From Nitrospirales bacterium (lineage in GTDB: Bacteria > Nitrospirota > Nitrospiria > Nitrospirales > UBA8639), in the NCBI GenBank assembly GCA_965203295.1, contig CBDBCZ010000010.1, positions 352,001 through 416,000 of the forward strand: a DNA stretch of 64,000 nt, in the 5' to 3' direction. Below, piece by piece: positions 35,460-48,960 of this stretch. The translations under genes and the position numbers were made by a program. Position 1 is the stretch's first letter; the number at the start of each line of letters is the position of its first letter. The notes under the pieces were generated by a model. That model searched no databases, was not told where the DNA came from, and worked only from the letters and a program-made list of their open reading frames with translations.

Positions 35460-38400
35460 CTATTGCATGTCTGAGTCACTGTCCTCTGCTGGACCTGGGG
35501 AAACAGGCACTGGCCTAGACACGGTAAGCTTTCTATTCCCCCAGGATTCCCATTTTCTCGGTGCTGGCACAGGATCCCATTGCTGTACAGCTGGCCCTCC
35601 TGACGAGATCCGAATAAGACAGTCTAGTGCTCCAGTTTTTAGGCGATTGCGCTGGGCTGTCTTAATCCTCTTCATTGTTGAGAAGAGACGTTCCACGTCA
35701 GCACTGGAAGCAGGTAGGACTCCTATGCACGCCAGAATATTGAAGATGAGAGGGTAAGCGGTCGTCAAGGGGTAATTCCATGCCAAATCAACACAAAAAA
35801 ATGAGCACCACCTCAGATTTCAATGAAACTCAGGGAATGTGTTCATTACCCCAAGGTATTATGTCACACACAATTTGGCACCTCAATGTTGTATGGCTTC
35901 TACATTACAGTGCCGTAAAAATCCAAGTTTTTTGATCACCTTACTCAACATTCAAGGCCATAACTCTACCACTGTTTGAAAGTAGACTACACGATTTATA
36001 CCAAATTATACCTTGAAAAAATCTCTATCACATGATGTTTTGTGGGCGTGGTCACTAATTAAGAGGTCAGAGGTTATTCATTTAAACGGTTAATTAAGTA
36101 TAACTCAAAAACGACATCATTAATTTTTTTAGCTTTTTCTCCAATTAATGTATGGGGTGTACTCTACAATCTGTATAAATTTTAGGGTGGGACCATAATG
36201 GGCCTAAACAATATGGCTTCATTTGTTTACTTGGGTTCATGAGTTCATAGTAGTACTATTCTTATTGTACCCATTTTACTGCATTATGTTGGAAGTATCA
36301 ATACTTTAACGTTAGTTCTGTCTGTCCGTGTGTGTGTAACGGATGTGACGCCCGCTAATCATCACCCTCGAATGCGCGAGAAGGTCGTGACGTCATCACA
36401 CAGTACACGCACACTTTGACCGCTGCATCGACGGGATTATTATGACGGCTCACTTCGAGCACACTCTATCACAAAGGTTAGTGGCTAGTTAGTCATGTAA
36501 GCATGCACAGCTGTAGTACTCTGCTTAGTACGCTAGACAAACGACGATGTGCATTAAATGGAGTCACTGCCATTCGCCTGAGCTGCATGCCGGTACATGT
36601 ATGTAGGCTATGGTTGTGAAGAGCTAGGCTTCGGTCCTAGCTTACCTGTTTTGTTTTGTAGTTCCTTGCAGTCTCTCAGGCATAGATAATATACGTATAT
36701 TATCTCAAATCTGTAGCTTCGTCAGGAACATGTCAGCTACACTATAGTCTACCTCTCACATATGGTAGATGCTCAACAAAGTGCTTTGGCTGTTGAAAGA
36801 ACATGGTGTGCACACATGCTATGCACTTTTCCCCACTGGTGGTCAATTTTTAGCATAAAAGTTGAGGCCTGAATGTAGAGCCTTCATGCGTGGCTAAGTC
36901 AGCAGCACTACTGTAATTGGCAGATGCTAAATGTTCCATAAACACATCACATGGAGGTAGCACTTTTCATTTCTATCCGTAGACAGAGCGAGCGAAGCGA
37001 GCGAGTTCAAAAAGCAGAAGTAGTTGCGCGAGCGCAACTACTTGTACTACATAATTGATTCACATTGTGTATTTTAGACAGTATTATCAAGTACATTACA
37101 CAAAACAATCTATTCATAATAGATTACACACTAACCAAAAAAGAAAGCCAACTTGCTACTCAAAAACTAGCTCTATTATGAACAATAGATTGTTTTGTGT
37201 AATGTACTTGATAATACTGTCTAAAATATACAATGTGAATCAATTATGTAGTACAAGTAGTTGCGCTCGCGCAACTACTTGTGCTTTTTGAACTCGGTGC
37301 AGCTCAGGCGAATGGCAGTGACTCCATTTAATGCACATCGTCGTTGTTTGTCTAGCATACTGAGCAGAGTACTACAGCTGTGCATGCTTACATGACTAAC
37401 TAGCCACTAACCTTTGCGATAGAGTGTGCTCGAAGTGAGCCGTCATAATAATCCCATCGATGCAGCGGTCAAAGTGTGCATGTACTGTGTGATGACGTCA
37501 CGACCTTCTCGCGCATTCGAGGGTGATGATTAGCGGGCGTCACATCCGTTACACACACACGGACAGACAGAACTAACGTTAAAGTATTGATACTTCCAAG
37601 TATAACTCACATAATGCGGTCTAAACCAGTAAAATGGGTACAATAAGAATAGTACTACTATGAATTCATGAACCCAAGTAAACAAATGAAGCCATATTGT
37701 TTAGGCCCATTATGGTCCCACCCTAAAATTTATACAGATTGTAGAGTACACCCCATACATTAATTGGTGAAAAAGCTAAAAAAATTAAGGATGTCGTTTT
37801 TGAGTTATACTTAATTAACCGTTTAAATGAATAACCTCTGACCCCTTAATTAGTGACCATGCCCACAAAACATATCATATGATAGAGATTTTTTCAAGGT
37901 ATAATTTGGTATAAATTGTGTAGTCTACTTTCAAACAGTGGTAGAGTTATGGCCTTGAATGTTGAGTAAGGTGATCAAAAAATTTGGGTTTTTACGGCAC
38001 TGTAATGTAGAAGCCATACAACATTGAGATGCCAAATTGTGTGTGACATAATACCTTGGGGTAATGAACACATTCCCTGAGTTTCATTGAAATCTGAGGT
38101 GGTGCTCATTTTTTTGTGTTGATTTGGCATGGAATTACCCCAAGGCTTCCTTATTAGCAGGGTCAAAGATTGTCTGAACAGATACTGCAATGCATAGTTC
38201 AGGCAGGTTTTTTGGGCAAATGATCTGTATGACAAAAACTCTTGCCACAGCTTCTTCCCATCTACTCCCATTAGATCTCCTAACTCAGTGATGGTAGCTG
38301 GGGTAGTAGCCTTTGATACATTCTGGGGATCAACATAGCCTAAGAGTGTTATGGTATGGACCTGAGGGAAACAACCACGTATGTTGTCAATCACTGCTGT

Positions 38401-39426
38401 TATGTACTGTGAAGGAGTTGTCTGAAATTGCTGATTTCAGCATCCCTTAAGGTATCTTCAAGATATTGCATAAAGCCTCCTTGGAGTGGGGAGTCCTTGA
38501 GTGCTTGCAGAGCAGACAAGGCCCCATCAAGGATCTGCTCCACAGAAAGCAGGTTGAGGGTAGCAATTTGGAAGCAGCGAGAAAGATGACCCAACACTGA
38601 AAGGATATCAGACATGAGCAGAAGTGCAATGAAGTTGGGCTTTGAAACTTCCAAAGCTAACCCTTGAGCTGTAGCATCACCCTCACTAGCCTCTTGCTCT
38701 ATATTTGCCTTAACAGCTTTCAAACTCGGTCGCAGAGCATCCACTGTGATAACCATCGGGTTTCTGCAGCCCGCTTGAGTTAGGCTCATTCATGACCCGT
38801 TGCATCTCTCGAAGCTCAGGTGATACCAATGGCCCTTACCATCTCATTCATGGTCATCTCAGACTCATAATTGAGATTTTTGGCCTTGTGCAGCCTCCCG
38901 AGGGTATCATTGCCAAGAAGCTCACAGAAATCCTTTAACCGCTTCCTTGTCCACAGTAAGCGTGTCGGCTTCTTTGAGCGCTTGTGAAACCGTAGCACCC
39001 AGTGCAAGCCGACGTTCTCTCTCTCTATAGCCTGCTGCTGAAGCCTGGTGAGAGTCGGAGTGCTGATGCTGGACTAGCTTATCCGGGCGCGTACCTGTAA
39101 ACGGCGACGTCACAAACACCGAGGAGCCGCTCAAGAGACCTGTTCCCGTTTTACAATGCAAACAGTAGACGCCATCGCCTTCTACAGTAATCCAAGGATG
39201 CTTGTTGCGCCACTTAGCAGCAGCAAACGATCTCCATGACACTACAGCTCCGCGGCGAGAGCTTGGAGTGCGAAGCACGTCCCATCCCCGATTGGAGGCG
39301 CTCGGTTCACGAGGCGCGGTTGGTATCGGCGATTCGACTGAAAGCGCTCGATGATTCAAAGCCTTCAGTGAAAAAGAGTGTCTTCTGGCCGGCAACTAAC
39401 CTCGGTTTCTTAGCTTTGGGAGGCAT
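35460..39426 (-). pseudogene. hAT transposase (ZNF862-like), internally deleted, frameshifted, split by a foldback element
   Basis: TTF-type finger KHPWI..YCLHC..HQHSDSH; LKRAAETRWLS; dimerisation motif YPLI..LPASSADVERLFSTMKRIKT.QRNRL; empty site rejoins PANKEAL-TTAYP. A hAT-like end CAGTGTTCTTGCCAGGATT lies at 42872 (minus). Confidence 0.9.
35770..38140. mobile_element. 2.37-kb foldback element, GGG..CCC ends, 4-bp TSD CAAG (Sola2-like)
   Basis: Same terminal 31 bp as 6450-9003; ~820-bp inverted arms; nested ~300-bp palindrome at 36997-37295. Confidence 0.92.
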
Positions 39427-39506
39427 GATCGATCTCAGCTCAAGCTAATAGCTGCGCAAAAACTACACGTGGTGCAATTAAGGGGCGTGGTCAATAATTT
39501 TATTAA

Positions 39507-42500
39507 CCCTTTGGCTTCTATGAGCGCATATATGCGCGCTTAACATACCTTGCGGCTAACCGCCTCGCAGCACTTCACGACGCTAGCAGTAGCAACGATT
39601 GCATGCTAGTTTCTTCGGGCATGCCTTGACCTTTGTACTGATATATAGTTTATGAATATTCATTACTTCCTGTACGGCAAATAATTACCACAAAAAATGT
39701 AAACATTACAAGTGGCGCTAACGTGCAGCTGGCCCGCGTCATTGAAAGTTTCAACGATGTCGAATGCGCGATTATTCTACGGCTCGAGAAAGCAACCCGC
39801 CATAGCGCCTCCAGACTGGATGGTACGCAGTCAGGTACCCAAGGATGGCCAGGAGAGTGATGATCCTGACTGGGGTGGCGGGGAAGATGGTGATCTGTCA
39901 AGCAATAGCGACTGGTGTGACGATGGTAAGCAAAATGTTGCATTACAACAATAAATGCCATAGATATAGGCAGGCAAGACAACAACTTGTAACTAAAAAA
40001 CTATTCTTCATGTCTACTTGAAGACTATGACTGGGGCAGCCCGACCAGTGCTGCAGAGCCGCCCACCACCCCAGCAGGTCCACCTACATCTGCAGCTCCG
40101 CCTACTCCTTCTGCAGTGCCAGATACGCCTCCAACACTGCCATCAGCAGGCCCGTCCTCATCCTCCAGCAGTTCCGCTATCTATAGGTACACCTGATGAC
40201 TGTATATATGCTGTTCCCAGATAACCAGTGCTCACTCAATTGTTTGTAGCTCACGAGCATCCCCCTCTGCCTCCCTGCCTGGACCATTGCTGCGCAGCAG
40301 GTCCTCGTCATTGGCAGGTCGAGGCAGGAGAGGAGTCGAGTCACTGTCGCGGCAGTCTCCAGATAGCTCGCCATCCCCTGAGCGTCTACCTCAGCGCACA
40401 CAATCTGCAGGGAAGAGGAAATGCTATAGGAAGGAGGGAGGCTCACAGCAGAAGAAGGGACGCACGGCTGGTGGCGGAAAAGGAAAGGGGAAGGCAACTG
40501 GCAGTGCAAAAGGCAAGGGGAAACCCAAGCAAAGAACCAGTGCACTCTGGAACACCACCGACCCTGCAACCACCTACCCAGAGTTCGACCATGAGTACGG
40601 GCCTACCATCGCCCTATCATATGATGCTGCCCCCACAGATTTCTTCACCCAAGTCTACCCACCTCAGCTGATCGACTTGATTGTAGAACAGACAAATCTC
40701 TATGCGGAGCAACGAGGAGTCACTGGGTGGGTAGACACCACGGCCAGAGAAATAGAGGCCTTCTTGGGGTTCGTGATGGCAACATCTGTGCACTCGGTGC
40801 CTCGCCTCAACAACATTTGGTTGAGCGACTGGATCCTCGGGGTTCCAGCACTAGCCGCCATCTTTCCCCGGTACCGATTCTGGCAGCTGTGGGCGAATCT
40901 GCACCTGGCCGACAACACTCTGGCCCCAAGTCGCACCGAGCCCTCGTTTGATCGGCTGTACAAGCTCTGGCCACTGCTCAACATCCTGGGGGACGCCTTC
41001 GAAGCAGCGCACGAACCATCACAGCAGCTGTCGGTGGATGAGGCGATGGTGCGATACAAGGGGAGGTCGTCCCTCAAGCAGTACATGCCGAAAAAGCCGG
41101 TCAAACGGGGGTTCAAGATCTGGTGCCTGTGTGACGCCAACGGGGGCTACCTGTAGAAGTTTCAAATTTACACAGGTATAAAAAACAGCATGGTAAAAAT
41201 AAACATTCACGTACCTAACTCACTCACCTGTCTAAGTTGTCAACATCACTTGTTTTGCCCCTGAAACACTTCTCTAATCTCTGTCCATCCCGCCAACTAG
41301 GAAAAGAGTCCGAAACCGCTCCTCCTCCCGCTGGCGAAGGCTTGACATACAGAGTCGTCACAGATCTCTGTGAAAAATACTCCGGTAAAACCACACATGT
41401 ACATACATGCATGCAAAATCTACTGACTCACAAGTCTCCTTCACCTACAGACAAGAACCATGTTGTCTACTTGGACAACTTCTTCACCAGCGTAAAGCTG
41501 GCGGAGGATCTTGAGGCACAGCGGACTTTCTGCACTGGCACCATCCGCACCAACAAGCTCCACGCCGTCCCTGAGCTCTTGGACAAGACCACACTGCGGT
41601 CAATGGAGCGAGGGGACTATATGGTGAGGACGAAGGGGACCATAGCGCTGACGGTGTGGAGAGACAACAAAGAGATCTATCTTATCTCAAATGGCTACCC
41701 TGTGTCTGGTGACGTCACTGTTCCGAGGAAGAGGAAGCAGGGTGGTGTCGTTCAGGAGATATCTTGTCCTCCAGCCCTACCAGGGTACAATAAGTACATG
41801 GGGGGGGGGGGGTTGACCAGAACGACCAGAAAAAATCCTACTACGCCATCAACCGACGGTCTCGGCGGTGGTGGCTGAGGATATTTTTTCACTTCCTCGA
41901 CGTGGCGGTGGTGAACGCCCACTGCCTCTACTTGGAGAACAGACAGCAAGCATTCCATCCCCCACTTCTCCCGCAGCCTCCAATGGATGTCTTGGGTTTT
42001 CGTTGCGCCCTGATCCATTCCTTCTGCGACCAATTTACCGCGCGCAAGCCCACTGGCCGTCCACCGAGTGTTACTCGACCGCCAGCCGTTCTGAGCGGCA
42101 ACCACAGCCTTGTGCACGTCAGTGCCCTTGGAATGGCGAGGGGAAGGTGCCACTACTGCACACTTCGAAAAGGTCGCCGCCAATCCAGCGCTGGAAGACC
42201 CAGAAGGCGCAAAGAAACTTCGTTTGCTTGTTCTGTTTGTCGTGTTCGTCTTTGCACAACTCCGTGTTACAGTCTGCACCATCGTTAGTTCTTGTACTCC
42301 CTTTATCTGTCTGTCCGTCTCTATAGCCTGTCTGTGTTCTTTTGAGCCATATTCTAGGCCACATCTACCTCCTATTACTCGTGATTCATAGAGATTCTAC
42401 TCACTACCTAGTCTCTGCAATACTCAAACATGAAAATCACCTGATTTTACAGCGCGTGCACAAGTCACGTGATCAACACGTGTTGCCATGGCAACGCATT

Positions 42501-42637
42501 GTGCCTCAGGGGATTTCCCCTCAGGCATCTTCCCTTTAGTTAGCTATGTAGGCCCAGAAGGAGGCAGTAGTTTGTTGGATTGTTGGAGGTAAGCTCACAC
42601 ATAGTTATAATTTACTGAAAACTCGGAAGCCAAAGGG
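39507..42637 (+). mobile_element. Full-length piggyBac transposon 2, inserted upstream of the hAT ORF
   Basis: TTAA at 39503-39506 and 42638-42641; TIR ccctttggcttc; palindrome gcgcatatatgcgc near left end. Confidence 0.95.
39757..42288 (+). pseudogene. piggyBac transposase with about four introns; premature TAG at 41154 and poly-G frameshift at 41800-41812
   Basis: SVDEAMVRYKGR, YLDNFFTS, NKYMGG..VDQNDQ, Cys-rich tail CHYC...CSVC.VRLC..PCY..HH; GT-AG introns near 39926-40022, 40187-40249, 41176-41300, 41385-41450. Confidence 0.88.
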
Positions 42638-44059
42638 TTAACTAGTAATGCGAGTCTATTTTACGTTGCACCTTCAGACACCTCTATCAGTGTTTGGCTT
42701 GAGTTTTTCTGGAGAGCTAAAAAGCCACGAGAGCGCTTCCTGAACGTGAAAAAAAAGGGGTTAAAATTTATTCACGCTTCGCGCGGGGCCACGCTACGCG
42801 CACACTTCAGCTGCTTTGCAGCTGATCATCTAAAATGTGCCCTTCGGCCCGCGAATCCTGGCAAGAACACTGATGTACATGCATGCATGTTGCAAACGTG
42901 ATTATGCTCCATTCGTTAGTTTAGCATTTTTACTACATGTAGCTACGATTCATATCCCTTTCATTCCTTCCACGCTTATAGGCCCCTCAGGTGCTCGTCG
43001 AAAACGCCGTATCACATGTCGGCGCCGGCGCAGGTCCTGATCGTGAAGCTGTCAAGACCTCAACAACTGGCCAAGAAAACAGCTCGGCAGCTGGCCAAGA
43101 AAGCCAAGAAAGCCAAGAAAGCGGCACCGCCGAGTAACCCCGGCATGCATAGCTAGCGTTAGGACTCCCACCATGGGACTCATCTTCAGCTACCCTTCCA
43201 TTTTCTATATCTTTACCCTGAAATACCTGATGACTTTATTACCCCTGAATACTCCCACCATGGTCTCTCAAGTTTACATTTACTCCCATTTTTTTATATC
43301 CCTGAAATACATGTAATGATGACAAACCCCAAATTTCATGACTGATTAAATTTTTAAGTTTAAAATTCACTGACAAAAACTATAATAGTTTCTTACAAAA
43401 AGAAGTCATACAGAACCACAGTATGGCCTATGGTTCTCAGCCGTACACATAAAAGAAGTGGAAGATCACAACTAATGAGGGAAGACATACTTGTCCCCTT
43501 AATTGTAAACAGTGCATGCTGTAGAGGTGAAATTTCTATAAACGAAACCTTGAGGTGTTAGAGCAAATCAATGCTATTCTACACTGTCTTCAAAGTCGTA
43601 TACATAAGCTGGTTGATAACCGCAGTATGTACTGATCTGCGCTACTTTTATGCTAGTACTAGTAAGAGAGTGAGGGTATAAGCATTAGCCAATGGCATGG
43701 CAAAGGGCCATGTCCAGACAGGTGCCAAGGTGAACTGTGGTCAGAGTGGAGTGGCATGTATTCATACAGTTTATTCCTGATTAGTTTCGCAGGCCACCGC
43801 ACTTCCGCACCGAAGGAAGGTGTTCTAGGGAATTGCCATACTGGCGTTCGTCCCACCCCTCTCTGGAGTGCGGTCCAATCACAGTGCAGTATTTGGTCAC
43901 ATGATAAACAAGAATGCAATTAACAAAAGATTATGTAGGCATTCTGGGAAACATTTCTGCACAGCACTCTTCTGTCTCCCTTCGAGGTCTTGCAGCCCCA
44001 GCAAAGACTGAAAGCACGTGATGCAATCCTACCATTGCACCATTTGTGCTTGGACGAGC

Positions 44060-44365
44060 CAGCTAACGTGGTGATACGGTCCATCCCTGAGAATGAGCCA
44101 ACCCTTGAGTAATAAGCCCACCCCTGAGAATGATCCCACCTGAGTATAAGCCCACCCATAAGTATACACCACTCCTGAGTGTGATGCCACCTCTGACCCA
44201 CCCCATAATATGAGCCCACCCCTGAGAATAAGCCCGCCCCGAACCCACTCCTGAGTATGAGCTCGCCCCTGAGGATAACCCACCTTTGAGTATAAGCACA
44301 CCTCTGAGTATATGCCTGCCCCTGACCCACTCTAAGTAAGAGATCGCCCCTGAGAATAACCCAAG
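44060..44365. repeat. Degenerate ~20-bp tandem repeat (ccctgagaataagcccac)
   Basis: About a dozen imperfect units seen directly. Confidence 0.8.
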
Positions 44366-45157
44366 ATAATAATAAAAATAGCATGAAGATACATCAGTTC
44401 CCTGGTTCAGGCAGGCTCTAATTGTACTGCATGTGGCACTGTGGTCATTGGTCATAGAACCACCATCACATGAGCAACAGGGTAGTGCACTGGAATAGAG
44501 GTGTAAATTCATACGATTGCAGCTGTCATAATTTTTATCACACACTCACTGACACACAGAACATTCCTTAACTGGTGGGGAGCCTCAGGAAAAACACCAA
44601 ATGTGTACATGCATGTACTGTTGTGGAAATTGACTTTCTCAGTCAGTGTTCTGGTAACACTTGTGTTCATGCTTTGTTTTTTAACTCAGTGTTGCATGAC
44701 AATTCTTTTGTGGTCCACTGGTTACAGGGGCCTGTTCATTCTCTGTACACATCCACTCAGCTCACTCTTGCCAGCCACTGCCGCTTACATGGTATTTGTG
44801 TATATTTGTTTATTCAAGTTACCATACGTGTCCTGTCATGCAATTTCTGCATATAAATATATCACATATACACTGTAAGCTAACTGTGACCTTTATAACA
44901 CCAGAAAATATTTCCTATAACTTTCCTCACAAGAACTATCAGTAAACTTCTTATTACATTTCCTAAGGAAACTTCAGTAGAAAACTTTTGGAGTTTCCTA
45001 ATGAAATTTTCTGGTGCTATTTCTATGTGATTTCTTGCATAATGTTTCCAATAAGTATTAGGTAATCTTGAAATCTGTAGTTTCTGTAAAGTATCATGTC
45101 ATAGGAAACCCAGAGCAATGAGATTTCTGGAAGTGTAACCCATCAGGAAATACACTA

Positions 45158-45742
45158 CCGTAGACTCGGGTTATCAGGCGCACTTCGTTATGTAGCGCAC
45201 ATACGCTATCAGGCGCATGCTCGCTTCTTGGCCCAAAGCCGCAAAAACCTCATTAAGAGGCGCATGTTCCAATTAAACGAAATACGGGGCGAAGCAACTG
45301 CACAAAAAATTGAACAGAGACTGCTAGCAGCTAGCTAAGTGAGAGGATAACTTTCTAGGGATCACTTTGCAACCGCCCAGTAAGTTTCTAGCTAAGTCAA
45401 AGGCCTACAAAGGAAGTAACCATGCACCGATTCTCATTCGAGTTGATCGAGCACACTCTCATCTCCGACCGCTCTTCGCCGATATTCATCTACGACCGCT
45501 CTCTGCCAAGTTACATCGCCGACCGCTTTGATAAGCTGCGATTCCATTCAGTAGTCGCTAATCTGATACTGGTAACAGCAACAATTTTATGGCTAGCTAC
45601 CGTAAATTTACCCCGATGACGTCATGAAAAACTAGGCGTTGTCAACCTTTAACCCTCACTATGTAGCGCACTTCATTATGTAGCGCATATATTTTTGCTA
45701 ATGTCCCCACTAGCGCATGCGCTTGATAACCCGAGTGTACAG
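45158..45742. mobile_element. pogo/Tc1-type MITE, TA TSD
   Basis: TA|ccgtagactcgggttatcaggcgca ... tgcgcttgataacccgagtgtacag|TA; internal atgtagcgca repeats. Confidence 0.88.
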
Positions 45743-47218
45743 TATTTTTATAAGCTATACAAGAGGAATGAACTTCACCATGTAAGTTATAAGTTGCTAC
45801 AACAACACGAGACACAATATTTGCAAATATTAAAAACTGATTTTCGTAGGAGGGTTCATACAGGTTTTGGCACCAGACTTCACATGATATGGTGGATTTG
45901 TAGCCAACTCACAACAGTAAAGAGGTAAAATTTGCTCTGTTCTTCAATTGTAGGCAAAGTAACTGTGAATGTGTGTTTTAACAAATGCCGGATATACACA
46001 GGACAAAGTTCACTATCAGTAGAGAATGAAAAATGTTTTGCAAGCACGTAAAGGTTAGAAGCTTTCCCTTCACTTTCGGAGGACGACTTACTTCACTGGT
46101 AGAAATGTGATGTTTCAGTTGATGGAATTACGAAATTGTCGCTAAAAAATAGGGATCGGTAGTGTGGATAAAGTTGGGAGTAAATCTGCTTTAGAACAGT
46201 GACACACTGGGAACCTAGGACAGTTAAGCTTACTAGTCTTGTGCCCTGACCGTTGCTAGAGAAATGATCTGGGCACGAGACTAAATTATTACGGATTACC
46301 AGTGGTGAATTTTCTTGCAAAATTCAAAAATGAATACTGATTTGTTAGAGTTCTTAGGCGAAACATTTGCCAAGGTTTTGACTAGGCTGCTAATCCAGAG
46401 CACTAAGAAAGATCAAGAGTGCTCGAGTTAAACAGGAAGAAAGCTCCTGGTTTGCTAGGTGAGTGTACTCAAGGCTAAAATTTGCTCGCCATTCCTTTAA
46501 GCTTTGATGAATGCTTGGAACGAGACCACCATGTGACCACTTAATACGGGCTATGTAGCTTGGCTGTCTCCACTCGTACTCCTCTACATGCTTTGCTAGG
46601 GGGTGGGGGGGGGGGATTTAGAATAGCAAAGCCTTCTAGAGAGTATACCCCACTGAATTTTTTTTACAATAACTTCTGGTCAATCGTGACATAACTTTTC
46701 AACATTTTGAAAGAAATCCCAGCTTCCCCCCCCCCCCCACACACACACTGTTTGAGAACCTGACATGTACATGCGATGCTAGATGTGTGGTGGGAAACTA
46801 TTGGGCTATAGGGCTGTTGGGGTGGAGGAGGAAACGAAGGGTGAATTTATTTCAGTCTATGGGGTACTTTTTTATGTACTTAGAATGAATTTTACTCAAG
46901 GCAGTGTTCAGATGATTGATACTACCATTATCGTACTGATCGTACAACTCTGAGTAGTTCTGAAACTGAGGGAGAACCAGATGAAAATGATAGGAGTGTA
47001 CGAAGCCCATCCGTTATTCCCAGGTTGCCAAATATCCCAGCTTCCAAAAACGTTGGACAGCTCCCATTTAGTGTATCACAAGGGAAGGACTCCTCTGGGT
47101 CAGGAGCAGCAACAACCCTGGCTCAGGGATTGAGCAATAGTTTGAACTCTCCCCTTGCTCGTCCTGGTGCCTCCGATGGTCGATATAGCAGATCAAGGTC
47201 TCTTGCCTTTATTATCGG

Positions 47219-47373
47219 GAGTTATCACCCCTCTCTAGTGGTACTGGTGGTCGAGATAGTGAGTTATCTCCCCTCTCTCATACCGGTGGTTGAGATCGTG
47301 AGTTATCACCTCTCTCTTGTACTGGTGGTCAAGATTGTGAGTTTTCTCCCTTTTCTAGTCATACTGGTGGTCT
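47219..47373. repeat. 39-42-bp tandem repeat, 4 copies
   Basis: gagttatc(a/t)ccc..tct..tactggtggtc units. Confidence 0.8.
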
Positions 47374-47727
47374 AAATGGTGATTTCCATTCACTACATCC
47401 GCCCACTTCTGGTGATAAGTTGCCCACCCTTCCATGTTCTGATGCACCAAGATCAGAGTTGTCTGAGATTCTCTCTGAGTCAAAAAAAAAAACCACATCG
47501 AGACTGGAACGGATTGAAGACAGGCTTGAGAAATTTGAAGATGAACTCCCAACTAGGAGTGCATCATCCTTGATCTCAGTTTAAGAGGAAAGTTCCTACA
47601 AAGGTTCAGATGAGTGTTTTCTCGTGGTTAGACGCAATTATTTATGAATTAGTTTCCCATTTTTAGCATCTGGGGCAGGTGTATAAAACCATAATCGAGG
47701 ATGATGAGAACTTGAATTTGATTGGTA

Positions 47728-48960
47728 CAGTGGACCCTCACTTGTGCGGACCCCGAATATCCGGCTGCTTGGATTAGCTGTTGATTTTCTAATTAATGCC
47801 CACATTGTACATGTGCATGCAAAGTGGCTAGTTCTTCATAGTGTTTAGTGAAAAAAAGCATACCATTGTCTCCCTGGAGACCAAACTAGCTATTCTAGAT
47901 TGTTTGGAAAAAGGAGAAACTCAACCCTGCTCGCTAACGAATATGGAATCGGAAAGTCTACAGTTGCCGACACAAAGAAAAGCAAAGAGAAAATTCATTT
48001 GCCGCTACGATGGGCAGCTTGGGCATGAGTAAGAAGCGCAAGGTGATGCGACAAGCTGACAATGATAAACTCAACCAAGCTCTCTTCGTATGGTTTGTGC
48101 AGAAACGAAGCCAAAACCTACCAGTAAGTTGTCCTGTTTTGTGTGAGAAAGCTAGGAGTATGCGTGCACAGATCCACACGGAAGAGTCTGTGCCGCCTTT
48201 CAACTCTTTACCAACCAATGACGCATATATGCGTCATGAGCTCCCATAAGCCAATAAGAATTTATATAGGGGTTTTAATACTAGGCGTTAATACTTTGTA
48301 CAGGCTTTTCTGCTTCTTTAAGCTGTTTCTTATGGTTGGTAAAGGGTTAATTGAAGTGAGCAGAGGTTGGCTTTGGCAATTTTGCATCCACCATGGTGTC
48401 AGACAGCTATCCTTACAAGGAGAGAAGCTTTCTTTTGATACTACTGCACTGGAGCCTTCTAAGGAGCAGCTGCAAAAGCTTTTTTATAGAGAGGGAGAAC
48501 CTTACACTAGAAATATTTACAACTGATGAAACGGGCTTGTGCTATAGGATGCTGCCTAATAAAACCCTGACTGCTCGATCCAAGAAAGAAGCAGCTGGCA
48601 TGAAAAAGTGGAAGGAGAGTGCCATTTTCATGGCTTGTTCTAATGCTATGGGATCACACAAGCTCCCATCAATGCTTGTCGGCAAGGCTGCCAACCCGCA
48701 CTGCTAGCAAGTTAACAGAAGTGCCCTACATGTCGTATGTTATTCCAAGATAAATGCATGGGTAAAATGGGACCTCTTTAATGATTGGTTTCACAAGCAA
48801 TTTGTTCCGGCTGTCAAGAAGCACATGAGGGAGAAAAACTTGCCAGTTAAAGCTTTACTCCTGCTTGACAATGGCCCTGTCCATCCCAATTCAGCCGGTT
48901 TAGTGAGCCCGAAGGGAGACATCAAAGCAATGTCTCTTCCTGCTAACACTGCCTGCAAAT
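47728..48960 (+). pseudogene. Tigger/pogo (Jerky-like) transposon remnant with left TIR and decayed transposase
   Basis: TA|cagtggaccctcactt TIR; LNQALFVWFVQKRS, SRGWLWQF..HGVRQLSLQGE, DETGL, GSHKLP..VGKAANP, LLLLDNGPVHP. Confidence 0.88.
48204..48346. mobile_element. 143-bp piggyBac-type mini-element
   Basis: TIR ctctttaccaacca / ccctttaccaacca; flanks TCAA and TTAA; palindrome tgacgcatatatgcgtca; fragments at 1836-1885, 29950-30000, 52655-52719, 58655-58713. Confidence 0.85.

Noticed and set aside
43016..43157. Histone H1-like AKKAKKAKK peptide
   Set aside because: Only a short 9-bp repeat; no globular domain.
44060..44365. Short repeats resembling a CRISPR array
   Set aside because: Units are adjacent and degenerate with no unique spacers, no cas genes, eukaryotic context.
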